Source: a virus. From it: a DNA stretch of 64,000 bases. The notes below the pieces were generated by a model. That model had not been told where the DNA came from and did no database searches. It worked only from the letters and a program-made list of their open reading frames with translations. Shown in pieces: positions 1 to 9,834 of this stretch; the first letter of the stretch is position 1, and each line of letters opens with the position of its first letter. Where the stretch lies: positions 5,990-69,989 of the IMG/VR virus record IMGVR_UViG_3300048839_000188, one strand, 5' to 3'. A program made the translations under genes and the position numbers.

Positions 1-7
1 GGCATCA

Positions 8-784
8 TTGCCAGCAGGAATGTTTGGTTCGAATCCACAACAACTGCAATCTTTGGGACGCGATCAATGGGCACAGAACATTCAAAACGGTGGGCCGCTG
101 ATGGGGCTTAATGTGGATACTACTTTACCAAGTGCGCTTAGGATTAACAGAACACAACCGGCGGGGCCTCCACGAGGCTTGATGAGTGGTCTAGGTGGTT
201 CAGCAAATGCCGTGGCTGGCGCTCAAGCTGGAAACATGCTGCCCACTACTCGTGAAGGAATGCAGAGAGCGGCGAATTCTGGCCAAGTTTTGAGTCCTCA
301 ACAATTGCAACAGGCATTTGGGCCAGCATCAGGGGCATATACGGATTACTATCATCCAGACCCACAACAAGCTATTGGCGGTGCTCTATTGTCCGCACCG
401 ATGTTGCTACGTTTAAGAGGGGCATTAGCCAGTGCGCCAATTAGTGGGGAAGCAGTAGCGCCAGTTGCAGCCCCAGCAGCCACAGCACGCGCTTTACCAC
501 CCATGGCTGGATATCGTCCTCCTGTTCTACCACGGCAAATGCCAAATCCTAGAATGGCATCGGAGAATGAGTTGGCTCAATTGATGCAAAAGATTGGGCA
601 ATTTCCGAATACATCAACGGGTCAATCACAGGCACAAACGATAGCTCAACAAATTACACAATTGAGCCAAGGGGTGCCAGGGCGTGTGACGCAGCAAAAT
701 CCACAATTGATGCAACAAATTTTGGGTGAACTTCGAAAACGTGCCACTAATCCTTCGTGGGGCGTTGGGATGGGAGTGAAGTAA
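8..784 (+). CDS. Q/G/A-rich putative internal virion (ejection) protein, probably 5'-truncated by the window edge
   Basis: Low-complexity Q/G/A/P-rich ORF abutting the next genes. Position matches a podovirus ejection cluster. Confidence 0.5.
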   Translation: MPAGMFGSNPQQLQSLGRDQWAQNIQNGGPLMGLNVDTTLPSALRINRTQPAGPPRGLMSGLGGSANAVAGAQAGNMLPTTREGMQRAANSGQVLSPQQLQQAFGPASGAYTDYYHPDPQQAIGGALLSAPMLLRLRGALASAPISGEAVAPVAAPAATARALPPMAGYRPPVLPRQMPNPRMASENELAQLMQKIGQFPNTSTGQSQAQTIAQQITQLSQGVPGRVTQQNPQLMQQILGELRKRATNPSWGVGMGVK

Positions 785-785
785 G

Positions 786-1634
786 ATGAGTTGGACAGAT
801 GTTATCTCAGCAGCACTGGGGGCAACTCAGCAAGGGATTGCCCAACAACAACAAGTTGACCAAAGAAGAAAGCAATTGGCTATCGATGCGTGGGAGCAAC
901 AGAGACGAGATGATGCTTTGGAGCAAGAGATGTTGATGCGGACCATTAATCCTGGTGCGCCCATCGATCAGACTGTTGCGGATAAAGCTTTGAAGTATGG
1001 TTTGAAATCGAGAATGACTACGAACAAAGATGGCCAATTGGTGTGGGCTGACACTTTGGAAGACACTCTTCAGAGAAAAAGAATTGACCAAGCTGTGTTC
1101 ATGACTCAAGAAGCTGAAAATAAAGCTACGATGAGTGCAGCAGAAATGAAGGCTCGGGATTGGATTACTCAAAATCAAGATACTTTCTTGCAACAGCCAT
1201 TGGAAAAACGTGGTTTATTGTGGCGTTCGGCTGGATTACAGGGCAATGTGCCGCAATCCATGGAAGAAATAGTCGAGATTGCGAAAGCTAATGATTTACT
1301 ACCTTATACCGCTGCGATGGCCCGAGTGCAAACAGTGGGGCAGAACAAAGCCTTGGACCCATTAGAACAAGCGCGTCTCAAACAATTGGAAATGGACCAA
1401 TTGATTCCTCGATTTGGTGGCAATCCTAAATATGGTGCTATCAGCATTCCTAAAGAAAACAGGGAAGCTTACCAAAAAGCACTACAACAATTATTTGCTA
1501 ATCAACCACAGACATCAGCATCGCAATTAGCGAGTCCAGCTAATAGTTCAGGCCCATCTATTGGCACCATCCGCGAATTACCAGATGGGAGAAGAGTCAA
1601 ATGGGATGGGCAAGGTTGGGAGGTTATTCCATAA
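786..1634 (+). CDS. putative internal virion/ejection protein
   Basis: Helical Q-rich protein starting 1 nt after the upstream stop. C-terminal GTIRELPDGRRVKWDGQGW motif of the kind seen in phage ejection proteins. Confidence 0.55.
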   Translation: MSWTDVISAALGATQQGIAQQQQVDQRRKQLAIDAWEQQRRDDALEQEMLMRTINPGAPIDQTVADKALKYGLKSRMTTNKDGQLVWADTLEDTLQRKRIDQAVFMTQEAENKATMSAAEMKARDWITQNQDTFLQQPLEKRGLLWRSAGLQGNVPQSMEEIVEIAKANDLLPYTAAMARVQTVGQNKALDPLEQARLKQLEMDQLIPRFGGNPKYGAISIPKENREAYQKALQQLFANQPQTSASQLASPANSSGPSIGTIRELPDGRRVKWDGQGWEVIP

Positions 1635-4600
1635 ATGCCACAATATATATCGAATGACCCTAATTTCGGGCTCCCTAAGAAACAATATGCTTCTATGGAC
1701 CCGAATTTTGGTTTAGAATCCGCCCCAGACGCAACTGTTAGTTCGACTGATGTAATGGAAGAGCCCCCACCACTGACAGGCAAGATGGGGAACTTTCTTA
1801 GCCGTGTGGGGCGCACATTGGGAGCCACAGGAGAAGGCACCGCTACATTTTTTGATCAGATTGGTAACAAAAACGCATCCTTTGGAGATGCTTTGCAAAG
1901 TGGTTTGAATGCTGCTCAAAAGAACATAGCAAACTTGGGTAGTTCTACTGACGAAGTTATGGACTTTGACAAGGTCTTAGAAAATGCTGACTTGACAATC
2001 GGTGGCCACAGATTGAATGAGTATCCTACTGCTCGTGCGGTTGCTGGCTTTGCTGGCGACGTGGTTGTTGACCCACTCAATCTAGTAGGCGGTCTGCCAG
2101 TGAAAATGCTCAGCAAGGCAGGAGTGAAATTGCCTTCGTTGGTGGCAAAAGCTGCTGGTGGTTCCAGCGAATTAAGTGGCGCAGTCGGCAGAATGCTGAA
2201 AACGGCCGGGACCAAATTAGAAGAAGCACCAATCGTCGGGGACGTGTTGGAGAAATTTGTCCAATTTTCCAAACTTGGTAACGAGATGAGCAAGATTGAC
2301 CCATCCTTGTCGTATAGAGACATGCGCCGCCTTGCAGCATCACGTGATAGGCACGCCGGTGAAATCTCCGCTGATTGGGCTGAACAGCTAACAAAAGGCA
2401 TCGACAGAGCGGGGAGAAGAGAGATTGCTTTGGCTTTAGACGAGGGTCGCCAATTGAGTGATCCCAAACTGCAAAAAGCTGCGCAGAGAATTCGCCAGAT
2501 TCTTGATAATCAGGTAGCTGAAGATGTTGCAGCGGGCTCATTACAGGCTTCCAAAGTAGTGCCTAATTATGTGCCTCGGTATCCTACAAAATTCGATGAC
2601 AGTAATCCCAAACTGCGCACTGTTTTGGCTGGCAAGACTAAGATGGATTCTTTGAGGAAGGAAAAGGGTCTTCTTACTCCCAAGACTCTGGCTGAAGCCG
2701 AAAAACGCCAGGGCGCACTCACAGACATTGCTGAAATCACAGGCCGTCGTTTGGCTGAAGGTATGAGGGCCAATCGCAGTATTGAATTCATGAAACAGAC
2801 TGTTGAACACTTTGGCGAAAAAGGTGTGGCCAAGCCCGGTTATCGCACGCTTTCATTTAAGCACTTAAAGGACTCATTCCACCCGGATGCGATTAAGGGT
2901 TTGGATAATGTTTATTTTCCCGAGAAAATCGCACAGGATTTGGAAAAAGTCGCATTGTTTTCATCGAAGGAGACTGAGTTTTCTAAATTGGCAAATTCAG
3001 TCAGCAAGATGTGGCGTGGTTATGCGCTGAGCAGTCCTGGACACCAGTTCACGAACTTTGTGGGCAACGTGGCAAATATGCATCTTGGCGGGATGAGCAT
3101 GAAGGAGATTGCTGAAAAATACAGTCGCGCACGCGGATTGGCCAAAATTCTCAACAATGAGCCAATGACCGCGCTTGCTTTACCATATGGTAGAGATAAG
3201 GTCAGGGGCACATATGGTATTGGCAAATATACAAATTACGATATCGACAAGGCGATTAAGGAATATGAAATTGTTGGCACGGCAACACAGCTAGGTGAAT
3301 TGAAAGCAGCTAGGAACGCGCAAGTATTATTCAGAGGTCAATATAATCCTTTGAATGCTGACAATGTGGTCTTGGAGACAACTCGCAAATGGGGCCAGAA
3401 AAACGTCGAAGAACCAGCCAGAATTGCTTTCTTCTTGCACAGATTGGAGAAGGGTGATTCGCTGGAAAAAGCAGCACTCAAGACAAAGGAGATATTGTTT
3501 GACTATGGTGAACTGACTGAGACTGAGAAAAAACTGAAATTGGGTCTAGTGCCTTTCTACTGTGTGCCTGATGATGGACAAATCTTGACCAAAACTGGAT
3601 GGAAGTATTATTGGGAACTTACAACAGGTGCGGATGAAGTGTTAGTTTACGACCACGAGAAAGACCACTCTTATTGGGAAACACTGAACAAATATGCAAC
3701 GTTTGACTACGAAGGTGAGTTATTAACATTAGAGGATTCCCGTAACGGTAAGTTCTCTTTCACCCCTAATCACGGTTGGCCAGTTGTTGATCATAATGGT
3801 AATCGCTCACTGGTCAAAGGGTATGAGTTGAGAACGAACCACAAAATTCCTTTGGTCAGTGCCTCGACTGAGTGGCCGGAAGAATCTACATTATCGCCTC
3901 TAGAGGCGGAAGTTCTAGGATGGGTGTTGACAGATGGATATGTTGATGCCACAAAAAGACGTGTCAACATCTACCAGTCGAAGCCGCATTTTGTTCAGCA
4001 CCTGTTGAAGTTGCTGGAAAATGATGCGTCATATTATGTATCAGCACGTAATGAACAACAATGGGATATGTATACTTGGACACTACGAGGCGCTCTTAAG
4101 GACAAGATTTTGTCTTTGATTCCCAACAAACATAAGGATGCTTTCAACATTCTACCTCATTTGAATAAAGAAACTGCTCAAATTCTGTGGACAGCCATGT
4201 ATAACGGAGATGGCACAACGACGAAACGCTTGGATGGCCAAAAGCAATGTGAGTTCTTTGCTCAACATGAAGGGATTATTTTCGATTTTTTCCAGATACT
4301 CACACTTATGTTGGGTCGAGTTGCGCAAAGGAATAAACGTGGAGCATATATTAGGCAAACACGTTACTTCAAGGTTGCTGGCAAACAGGGCGTTGAATGG
4401 TATAAAGGTAAAATCTGGTGCCCAGAACTCAACGGAAAGTGCTGGTATCTGCGGAGAAATGGCAAAGTTATCTTGAGCCAGAATACATGGACTCGCAAAA
4501 ATGTCCCACTTCAATTGAAGGCAATTGCCGAAAGCCCAGAGAGACTGGAGAAGCATAAGGACTTTCTGGAAATGTTTCAGAACATGGGAGATGGCCAAGA

Positions 4601-5192
4601 TTTTGCACAGCCTGAGTATTTGACTGAATCTGGTTACGTGCCATTGCCGTTGAAGGGCGAAAAGGGTACTCCGACAATGGGGCGTATGGCTCTACCGGCC
4701 CATGACTTGGGGCTGATTCCCAATGCGTTGAATTGGGATGCACTGGAAAATACAGGTCGCAGACTCGCGGGTATGGCTGCTCCTTGGGCCAAGATTATTC
4801 CCGAACTAACACTTAATCAAGAATTGCAATCTGGTGTTCCCATCTTCAGAAGCAGTGGGTTGAGCAACCCATCACCATTGGGTAACCTGATGAATGCCAT
4901 CGGTGCTGGCTCATGGTTGGGTGTGCGCGATACTCCAGATGGCCCCAAACAACATGATGTGATGTCTTATTTGACGAGAATGGCACCAGGATTTTCGTGG
5001 ATGGCCAATACCATTCCCGGTGTCCGCGAAGATGACCCCATTACAGGGGACAGATTGAATGTGATGGCGCAGATTCTAGGTGGATTAGCTGGTTTGAACC
5101 CACGGCTAATTAATCTGCAACAGCAAGCAAGCGAGCAGGATTACAGGATGGAAGAATACGATAAACGTATTAGAAGGTCGTTGGAACCATAA
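1635..5192 (+). CDS. large internal virion / polyvalent protein containing an intein
   Basis: 1185 aa. Motifs YVPRY, SPGHQFTNFVGN and LFDYGELT..EK..K..LVPFY/TWTRKN resemble C-terminal regions of large ejection proteins. Intein interrupts PFY|TW. Confidence 0.7.
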   Translation: MPQYISNDPNFGLPKKQYASMDPNFGLESAPDATVSSTDVMEEPPPLTGKMGNFLSRVGRTLGATGEGTATFFDQIGNKNASFGDALQSGLNAAQKNIANLGSSTDEVMDFDKVLENADLTIGGHRLNEYPTARAVAGFAGDVVVDPLNLVGGLPVKMLSKAGVKLPSLVAKAAGGSSELSGAVGRMLKTAGTKLEEAPIVGDVLEKFVQFSKLGNEMSKIDPSLSYRDMRRLAASRDRHAGEISADWAEQLTKGIDRAGRREIALALDEGRQLSDPKLQKAAQRIRQILDNQVAEDVAAGSLQASKVVPNYVPRYPTKFDDSNPKLRTVLAGKTKMDSLRKEKGLLTPKTLAEAEKRQGALTDIAEITGRRLAEGMRANRSIEFMKQTVEHFGEKGVAKPGYRTLSFKHLKDSFHPDAIKGLDNVYFPEKIAQDLEKVALFSSKETEFSKLANSVSKMWRGYALSSPGHQFTNFVGNVANMHLGGMSMKEIAEKYSRARGLAKILNNEPMTALALPYGRDKVRGTYGIGKYTNYDIDKAIKEYEIVGTATQLGELKAARNAQVLFRGQYNPLNADNVVLETTRKWGQKNVEEPARIAFFLHRLEKGDSLEKAALKTKEILFDYGELTETEKKLKLGLVPFYCVPDDGQILTKTGWKYYWELTTGADEVLVYDHEKDHSYWETLNKYATFDYEGELLTLEDSRNGKFSFTPNHGWPVVDHNGNRSLVKGYELRTNHKIPLVSASTEWPEESTLSPLEAEVLGWVLTDGYVDATKRRVNIYQSKPHFVQHLLKLLENDASYYVSARNEQQWDMYTWTLRGALKDKILSLIPNKHKDAFNILPHLNKETAQILWTAMYNGDGTTTKRLDGQKQCEFFAQHEGIIFDFFQILTLMLGRVAQRNKRGAYIRQTRYFKVAGKQGVEWYKGKIWCPELNGKCWYLRRNGKVILSQNTWTRKNVPLQLKAIAESPERLEKHKDFLEMFQNMGDGQDFAQPEYLTESGYVPLPLKGEKGTPTMGRMALPAHDLGLIPNALNWDALENTGRRLAGMAAPWAKIIPELTLNQELQSGVPIFRSSGLSNPSPLGNLMNAIGAGSWLGVRDTPDGPKQHDVMSYLTRMAPGFSWMANTIPGVREDDPITGDRLNVMAQILGGLAGLNPRLINLQQQASEQDYRMEEYDKRIRRSLEP
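3561..4484 (+). mobile_element. intein (308 aa) with LAGLIDADG-type endonuclease region
   Basis: Starts CVPDDGQILTKTGW, block B FTPNHGW, LGWVLTDG and MYNGDG motifs, ends GKVILSQN followed by Thr. Confidence 0.9.
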
Positions 5193-6109
5193 TGCCCACG
5201 ACCAATAAAAAATCAAATCCTGCCGTCAACGTGGCTATGGATATCTATCGCAAAGCACAGGAGATGGCGAGAAAGATGCAACAACCCAAGGAGGGCGACT
5301 CCAGGTTGAAGGCTCAAATCATGGGCGGCATTGGAGGAATCGCAGAGCAGTTCATCCCCGCTAGTGAGGAAGACATGATGATGAATGCCATCATGGGCCA
5401 AGTGAATCCTACTGCTGCGATGGTCAAGATGCCCGCGCACTTGGTTGAACAGTTTGCGAAAAATTTCCGCAATCGTGTCCCACAACAATTAGAAGACGAA
5501 GGGCAACAGACACTGGCGTATTATTTTGACCGGATGGCACAAGATAAACCAGAATGGATGGGGCAACTTGAAGATGTTGTGATTACGCCCAAAATAAATG
5601 CAGCGGGGCTTTACACTTCCACTGCCAGCATGAATCCGTTCAAAATGTTTCGTTCACATGAAGCCGCTGCAAATGCTGGCATGACTGCCAGAGCAAACAA
5701 TAGAATCACCATAAATCCACGTCGTGTGATGGAGAACACTTCGATTGATGAGTTTAGTGGTATTCCGGCTAACCAATTAGTGCGTCATGAGTCCAAACAT
5801 TTGGACCAGGACTTGCGCGGACTGATTATGAACAACCGAGATGTGCCTTATTATCTTGAACCAAATGAAGTCGAAGCTAGAATTTTCGAGCGAGAAAAAG
5901 AATTTGATCTGGAAAACATCCTCAATCAACTTCATTATGGGAAGAGATTGGAACAATATAGCAAAAAAACCCCCCTAGATCAAATTAGGGAAGGACTTAT
6001 CAGGTCTTTGACAGAATTAGAAAGAAGAAGACAAGGATTGACAAGTGAGCAGATGCCTTCTATCAGCCCCGATATCATGCGTAGATTATTAGCAGGTCTA
6101 GAGCCCTAA
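5192..6109 (+). CDS. zincin-like metallopeptidase-domain protein (polyvalent-protein type)
   Basis: RHESKH (HExxH) followed by YYLEPNEVEAR. Confidence 0.6.
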   Translation: MPTTNKKSNPAVNVAMDIYRKAQEMARKMQQPKEGDSRLKAQIMGGIGGIAEQFIPASEEDMMMNAIMGQVNPTAAMVKMPAHLVEQFAKNFRNRVPQQLEDEGQQTLAYYFDRMAQDKPEWMGQLEDVVITPKINAAGLYTSTASMNPFKMFRSHEAAANAGMTARANNRITINPRRVMENTSIDEFSGIPANQLVRHESKHLDQDLRGLIMNNRDVPYYLEPNEVEARIFEREKEFDLENILNQLHYGKRLEQYSKKTPLDQIREGLIRSLTELERRRQGLTSEQMPSISPDIMRRLLAGLEP

Positions 6110-6114
6110 AAGTA

Positions 6115-6123
6115 TGCTATAAT
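6115..6123 (+). promoter_or_regulatory. extended -10 promoter element
   Basis: TGCTATAAT upstream of the GAGGAGG RBS of the 6149 gene. Confidence 0.55.
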
Positions 6124-6148
6124 TCTTAGAGGAGGATTTAATAAAAGA

Positions 6149-6919
6149 ATGACAAAATTCATAGCAGCTTTCGACATGCATGTTGGTTTTGAGAACAAGA
6201 ACAAACATAAAGTCCCATTGCATGATGAGAAAGCTATCAATGCGATGCTCAAATTTGCATCCGACTTTAAACCAGACACATTTGTTTGCGGTGGGGACCA
6301 TCTAGACTGTGGCCCCGTGAGTCATTGGTTACAGAATTCGAAAAAGTCCAGCGAAGGTTTGGATTTGGGCGAGGATATTGAACTCTATACCAAGATGGTC
6401 ATGGACCCAATCAACAAAGAATTGAAGCCCAAGAACAAAATCTGGATGGTCGGGAATCATGAGAATTGGATTAACGATGCGATTGAAAAAAACCCTGGAT
6501 TGTCTTCTGTGCTGGATTTAAAAAAACTCCTACCTCTGAGCGGCTGGAAATTCATCCAGCAAGGCGGGCATCATAATATTGGCCAATACCTCTACTTCAT
6601 CCACGGAGACACACTTCCGAACCAACGAAATATCGCTGCCGCAGCCGTCGAAAGATACAATAAGTCTATTATCTTTGGCCACTTCCATACCTACCAAGCG
6701 GCGACGAAACATTCTATGCTTACTGCCAAGGAAGTCAAAATCGGTGTGGCTGTGCCGGGATTGTGCAAAAAAAATCCGAACTATCTTGAAGGAAGACCAA
6801 ATCAGTGGCTGACGGGATTCTGTTATGGATATGTAGAGTCCAATGGACATTTCACATCCTATGTGCCGATTATCATTGATGGCAAATTCATGACAGAGGG
6901 TAAGAAATATAGCGGCTAA
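6149..6919 (+). CDS. calcineurin-like metallophosphoesterase
   Basis: DMH, GGDHLD, GNHE, HGD and GHFH motifs. Confidence 0.9.
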   Translation: MTKFIAAFDMHVGFENKNKHKVPLHDEKAINAMLKFASDFKPDTFVCGGDHLDCGPVSHWLQNSKKSSEGLDLGEDIELYTKMVMDPINKELKPKNKIWMVGNHENWINDAIEKNPGLSSVLDLKKLLPLSGWKFIQQGGHHNIGQYLYFIHGDTLPNQRNIAAAAVERYNKSIIFGHFHTYQAATKHSMLTAKEVKIGVAVPGLCKKNPNYLEGRPNQWLTGFCYGYVESNGHFTSYVPIIIDGKFMTEGKKYSG

Positions 6920-6939
6920 CACTATCGAGGGAGTCAACT

Positions 6940-7518
6940 ATGCGCATTTTACTATTATTATGTCTATTGCTGGGTGGGTGCGCTACGACTATTGATATGA
7001 GCATGGTCGGACAGATTGAGAAAGATGCTTATGAGGGGATGTATCCCAAAGAGAACGCATACAAGCCACCACAGACAAGTAATCTGCGCCAAGAATTGAT
7101 GAGGTTAGAAGAAATCGCCCAATCAATGGGTATTGCTGTTTACAGGAATAATGATATCGAATCCAACAACGCATGGGGATTGTCGAGCCGGACTCTGAAA
7201 ATCATCAAGCTACCATCATTTGATGATGTTTCTGTCGATGGCCAATGGGAGATTCTCGCGCATGAGTTGGGGCACTTTTTTCACCCGCCTGAAATGTCAG
7301 TTGCGGCTAGGGAAGCATATTGTGAATTCATCGTAGCAGAGATGGCACAGCTGTTGGAACACCCTTATCCATATGCGGGTGCATATCTGATTCAATACAA
7401 AGAAGGCATCGCAGCAGCTAAGCTTTATAGTAGAGAGATCAAGGAGGCTGCATCCATACTATTGGGCAGGAAAAAGATACCACACTACATGTTAGTCAAG
7501 GATGATAGCGCACAATGA
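6940..7518 (+). CDS. lipoprotein with ImmA/IrrE-like HExxH metallopeptidase motif
   Basis: Lipobox LLGGC after a hydrophobic N-terminus. LAHELGH motif and downstream EAYCE. Confidence 0.65.
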   Translation: MRILLLLCLLLGGCATTIDMSMVGQIEKDAYEGMYPKENAYKPPQTSNLRQELMRLEEIAQSMGIAVYRNNDIESNNAWGLSSRTLKIIKLPSFDDVSVDGQWEILAHELGHFFHPPEMSVAAREAYCEFIVAEMAQLLEHPYPYAGAYLIQYKEGIAAAKLYSREIKEAASILLGRKKIPHYMLVKDDSAQ

Positions 7519-7871
7519 ATGTGAAAACAGAAATCCCACTCAAAGGCTTGGAAATCTGGGCCTGTGAGTGGGAAGATGCGCATTACAATACTGATGAAAC
7601 TTCGATTGAGGATATGGTCCACAGAGCGTGGAATTACATCTCAGTAGGTATTCTGTTGAAGGATGATGATGTAGGATTCGCAGTGGCTACTGACATTGGC
7701 GAAGATGGTAAATTCAGAGGCATCAATTTTGTCCCCGCTAAGATGGTTATCAGAAAGTGGCGCATAGGATTGTTGAAGCCCAAAGTGGTCAGGAAAACTC
7801 AATTACTGGGACAGCACCCACTAGTGGTTGATACTGAAGATCAACCTGGGAACAATTCACAACAGTCTTAG
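7515..7871 (+). CDS. hypothetical phage protein
   Basis: ATGA overlap with the upstream gene. WEDA and SVGILL motifs common in small phage proteins. Confidence 0.6.
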   Translation: MNVKTEIPLKGLEIWACEWEDAHYNTDETSIEDMVHRAWNYISVGILLKDDDVGFAVATDIGEDGKFRGINFVPAKMVIRKWRIGLLKPKVVRKTQLLGQHPLVVDTEDQPGNNSQQS

Positions 7872-8436
7872 AATCATCTACTTTGTATGTGCCTTTAGCT
7901 TCATGAATATGGCCGCAGATGATATGTGAGCATTTTTTAAGGCCGCTGAAGCGTCCAATTAGGGATTGTGAACCTACATTTTGATGCCAGTAATAATACG
8001 TGAAGTCCCCATATCCAAGTGGCGGTCCATGACTGACAATGATATCAACATCATCAGGAATAACAGCATAGAGTTGTGCTAATTTGTCCTCCGGTGCCAT
8101 GAAAGCCCAATCGCCAAATTGATTAGACCAGGGAGAGAACCACACTTTTTTATTCCCCACCCAGCACCACTCATCGACACACAGTAAAACATTATGCGGT
8201 AGGAATTCCTGCTGGATGATTTGTTTCTTCATTCGCTCACCTATGAAGTCATGATTACCCCAAGTCATGAAGGTGAGCTTTTTGTGTTTAGAAGCCCATT
8301 CTGAGAATGGACCTTTGAGCCAATCACTGCAATTACGGTCAGGCCCCACATCACCGGCATGAATTACATAATCGCAATCTTCTGGAATCTCCGGCAGGAA
8401 CAATCCGTGCGTGTCACTTATGCAAGCTATTTTCAT
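7789..8436 (-). CDS. metallophosphoesterase (Icc/239FB-like)
   Basis: ISDTHG, HAGD, GNHD, SHGPP and GHIHE motifs. Confidence 0.9.
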   Translation of the reverse strand: MKIACISDTHGLFLPEIPEDCDYVIHAGDVGPDRNCSDWLKGPFSEWASKHKKLTFMTWGNHDFIGERMKKQIIQQEFLPHNVLLCVDEWCWVGNKKVWFSPWSNQFGDWAFMAPEDKLAQLYAVIPDDVDIIVSHGPPLGYGDFTYYYWHQNVGSQSLIGRFSGLKKCSHIICGHIHEAKGTYKVDDSKTVVNCSQVDLQYQPLVGAVPVIEFS

Positions 8437-8845
8437 TTTCGAACAACTCCATTGTGCGAGGGAAATTCACAGTCAACAATTTTTGGACAGCTTGTGCATA
8501 TTGGCGTCTATGGATCTATCATGTAACATTTAACCTCCTATGTGAGTATTATAACATAAGAAGTTAAATGTCATCAAACATTTAACGGTGCCATTCACGG
8601 AATACAAAAATAGGCGCTTTGATTTCAAATGTCGCTCCAGCCATCTCGAATGGGCTCATATGTTTATGCGTATAAAGGTAACGCAGCAATTTAATGTCGC
8701 CCTCTGAGCCGTCTTCTTTGGTCCATCCCCGAAATGCTCCATCAGTTGACTGCCGGGCTGCCCTGATGATGTCTTCGTCAGAACCCCATGACTGAGTCAA
8801 TCGAACAAAGCCATTATCGAGGACACTGATTGATTCTTGATTCAT
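8414..8845 (-). pseudogene. thyX: disrupted flavin-dependent thymidylate synthase
   Basis: N-terminal part 8845-8582 (AARQS, HMSPFE, KAPIFVFREWHR then stop). C-terminal part 8506-8414 (RQYAQAVQKLLTVNFPRTMELF). The catalytic middle is absent. Confidence 0.8.
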
Positions 8846-9207
8846 ACCAGATTATCCTCCACTCGAATATTGGACTCCACAAATCTGTCATCAGTGCCCT
8901 TCTTGCGCATAATGAATGTCAACAAGGCTAAACAATGCCATGCTGCATGAGCTAGATGGCTCAATCCACTTTCTGAGTCATCATCTTCGCCAGCCCACCA
9001 CGCATTCAGATGTCTTTGGAGAGCATCATAGGATAAGCTCCACTTATACCCACGAGCATAATTATAACGCGCATATTTGGATGCACCGAAACCACCTACT
9101 TTGGCAACCTCCATCACGGACAAAGGGTCAATAGTCGATAGTTGTGCACTCTTTTGTTCTTTCTGCCCACCACTTTTGGGGTCTGTGATTCTGATTGCTG
9201 ATTCCAC
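8842..9207 (-). CDS. dATP/dGTP diphosphohydrolase-domain protein (DUF5664-like)
   Basis: GASKYARYNY..G, YDALQRHL, GEDDDSESGLSHLAHAAW signature. Confidence 0.85.
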   Translation of the reverse strand: MESAIRITDPKSGGQKEQKSAQLSTIDPLSVMEVAKVGGFGASKYARYNYARGYKWSLSYDALQRHLNAWWAGEDDDSESGLSHLAHAAWHCLALLTFIMRKKGTDDRFVESNIRVEDNLV

Positions 9208-9210
9208 TTC

Positions 9211-9834
9211 TTATCCTCCTAACGCATCATTTTCAACAAACTTATCACTCAACATATCTCGTGGGTCAGTGATGCGCTCTACTCGGGGATGTTGATAGTG
9301 GCGATTCCAAGGGCCATCCAGCAACCATTGATTACAATCCTCATTTGCTGCCGCAACCTCATCGTGATTCTCTGGTTTATCGTCAAGGAAGTCAGTGCAC
9401 TTTTCAGCCTTGACCACGGGGGCCTTTTTGCCCGCAATAACCACATGTGGATTAGAGGCTCCGAGAATTAAGAGCGCATCCTCAGTAGCTCTCTGGCAAT
9501 GTTTACCACAACGCGATGTAATGAAAACCAGAGAAGCAGATTGTTGGGCTTGAAGTAGGAAATCCCTGGACCATTCAAATGCTGGCAGAAATCGCCAGAA
9601 ATTATAACTCTGCGAGTTGCAAATCTCATCCCACGCTTGGCGGTATTGTTTTTTGCTGATATGTTTCAGCGGATAATGCCACTCATCAGGATAATGATGC
9701 GAGACAGGTGGAATGTTCACATTGAACGCTTTGTTGCAGAGTTCAATAAATCTGGAATTGAAATCGAACAACACCCCATCGCAATCAACTGCGATTCTTC
9801 TTGACATGTTTCTTTGACTCCTTTGGAAAAACAT
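9211..9834 (-). CDS. HAD-family 5'(3')-deoxyribonucleotidase
   Basis: IAVDCDGVL, FITSR, FLDDK and PWN motifs. True start probably MSRRIAVD. Confidence 0.8.
   Translation of the reverse strand: MFFQRSQRNMSRRIAVDCDGVLFDFNSRFIELCNKAFNVNIPPVSHHYPDEWHYPLKHISKKQYRQAWDEICNSQSYNFWRFLPAFEWSRDFLLQAQQSASLVFITSRCGKHCQRATEDALLILGASNPHVVIAGKKAPVVKAEKCTDFLDDKPENHDEVAAANEDCNQWLLDGPWNRHYQHPRVERITDPRDMLSDKFVENDALGG

Noticed and set aside
8507-8590. Ribosomal bypass or stop readthrough restoring ThyX
   Set aside because: The catalytic middle of ThyX is physically absent, so recoding cannot give a full enzyme.
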